Below, in pieces: positions 62,940-64,000 of a DNA stretch of 64,000 bases; the first letter of the stretch is position 1, and each line of letters starts with the position of its first letter. Source of the DNA: Collinsella sp. (lineage in GTDB: Bacteria; Actinomycetota; Coriobacteriia; Coriobacteriales; Coriobacteriaceae); NCBI GenBank assembly GCA_036313175.1, contig JAXJMO010000020.1:10670-74669 (forward strand), written 5' to 3'. The position numbers and the translations under genes are program-made. The notes beneath the pieces are model-generated. The model was not told the origin of the DNA and made no database searches. It was given only the letters and a program-made list of their open reading frames with translations.

Positions 62940-64000
62940 CTAGAACAGACTGCTCGAGCGGGACAGGTAAACCCGCTTGATCGTCGAAACAACAACAAGA
63001 TACAACACGCTCAGCAGTGCAACGATGCCCAGATACCACATGGGCAGCGTGACAAGGCCGAGCAGTTGCGCGGCAGGACTCAGCGCGAGAAGGGCCGAGG
63101 CGATAAGCATGGTGGCGACCATTATCACGAGCGGACGACACGGCCGGTCCCCGTCGCGAACGTTCCGCGCTCGCAAGACGAGGAGCACGAGCGATTCGGT
63201 CCAAGCGCACTCCAGTAACCATCCGGTCTGGAAGGTCGCGATAAAGGCCGCCTGGCCCGCAGCACTCAACGTGACAAAGGACCCACCGCACACCGCGGGG
63301 CAAACGCCCAGGAGTAAAATGGCAAACGTGATGATGTCAAACGCCGAACTCGCGAAGCCAAAGTGAAGCATAAAGCTGCCGAGGCCCTTGCCCGACCATG
63401 CCTTGGGACGGGCGATCTCCGCATCGTCGACGTTATCCCACGAGAGCGCCAGGCAGGTGGCGTCATAGCACAGGTTGAGCAAAAGCAGCTGAGCGGCGGT
63501 TGCCGGCAAAAACGGCAGGAAGATACTCGAGGCGGCAACCGAGCAGATATTGCCAAAGTTGGAACTCGACGCGATGCGAATGTACTTGGAAGCGTTGGCG
63601 AACGAAGTCCTGCCTTCGCTGACGCCCTCGGCGACCACGCCCAGGTCGCGCTCGAGCAGTACCAGATCGGCAACCTTTTTGGATTCCGCTGCCGCCGAGT
63701 CCACAACGATGCCGACATCTGCCGACGTAAGCGCCGGCACATCGTTCACACCATCGCCGATATAGCCGACCGTATGGCCAGAGAGTCGAATGAGACTGAC
63801 AACATGAGCCTTTTGCGCGGGCGTGAGCTCGGCAAACACACGAGTACGCCCCACGCGAACAAGCGCCTCGGACTCCTCCATGGCATCGAGCATGCTGCCG
63901 GTGATAACGCTATCGGCAGGAATGCCCAGGCGCGAACAGGTTGACCGGGCAACCGAAGCCGAGTCGCCGGTAAGCACGCGCACCTCAACGGAAAGGTCGG
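62940..64000 (-). CDS. MgtA-type P-type ATPase paralog, C-terminal part (gene runs off the right edge)
   Basis: The frame stays open to the window end (...DLSVEVRVLTGDS...). IGDGVNDVPAL hinge motif. The C-terminal TM region aligns by eye with the downstream MgtA (LLNLCYDATCLALSWDNVDDAE). Confidence 0.8.
   Translation of the reverse strand, partial: DLSVEVRVLTGDSASVARSTCSRLGIPADSVITGSMLDAMEESEALVRVGRTRVFAELTPAQKAHVVSLIRLSGHTVGYIGDGVNDVPALTSADVGIVVDSAAAESKKVADLVLLERDLGVVAEGVSEGRTSFANASKYIRIASSSNFGNICSVAASSIFLPFLPATAAQLLLLNLCYDATCLALSWDNVDDAEIARPKAWSGKGLGSFMLHFGFASSAFDIITFAILLLGVCPAVCGGSFVTLSAAGQAAFIATFQTGWLLECAWTESLVLLVLRARNVRDGDRPCRPLVIMVATMLIASALLALSPAAQLLGLVTLPMWYLGIVALLSVLYLVVVSTIKRVYLSRSSSLF

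Overview
High-GC chromosomal segment. The gene content looks like a gut anaerobic Actinomycetota, possibly Coriobacteriia-like; this is inference from gene families only, with no database search. I support about 57 protein genes, mostly housekeeping, transport and regulation. They include an HTH-fused alanine-class aminotransferase, Kup, a bile salt hydrolase, and a TPP-riboswitch thiM/thiE operon. There are two tandem GGDEF/EAL proteins, a COG0523 GTPase, TrmL, RsmJ, RlmA, TrmO, Dus, Ung, PrfC and a YtrA-type GntR + ABC operon. There are also ClC, LOG, a 2TM K+ channel, two hybrid histidine kinases that use SBP_bac_3 sensing modules, and two MgtA-type P-type ATPases. I found no rRNA, tRNA, cas genes, transposase or integrase. 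Many starts in the ORF track are over-extended; I re-placed them using SD-like motifs and family-typical N-termini. Items most worth follow-up: (1) A phased array of four 57-nt inverted-repeat units (80/80/81-bp period) in the 552-bp prfC/ytrA-like intergenic region; it matches no feature class I know. (2) A ~5-kb block (AAA ATPase -> <- UvrA paralog lacking the UvrB-binding insert <- AAA ATPase) bounded by two near-identical palindromes. These palindromes also supply the stop codons of the flanking convergent genes trmL and a TetM-like GTPase, which suggests an insertion into a shared terminator. (3) At least three further families of dispersed palindromic elements, some in divergent promoter regions rather than terminator positions. 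(4) Several domain-level oddities: a deformylase-like protein without the catalytic Glu, an XRE-Zn-ribbon-TipAS fusion, a receiver-less OmpR-type regulator between two mgtA paralogs, and a TrmL with a ~45-aa insertion. All homology statements are by-eye motif recognition and need database confirmation.
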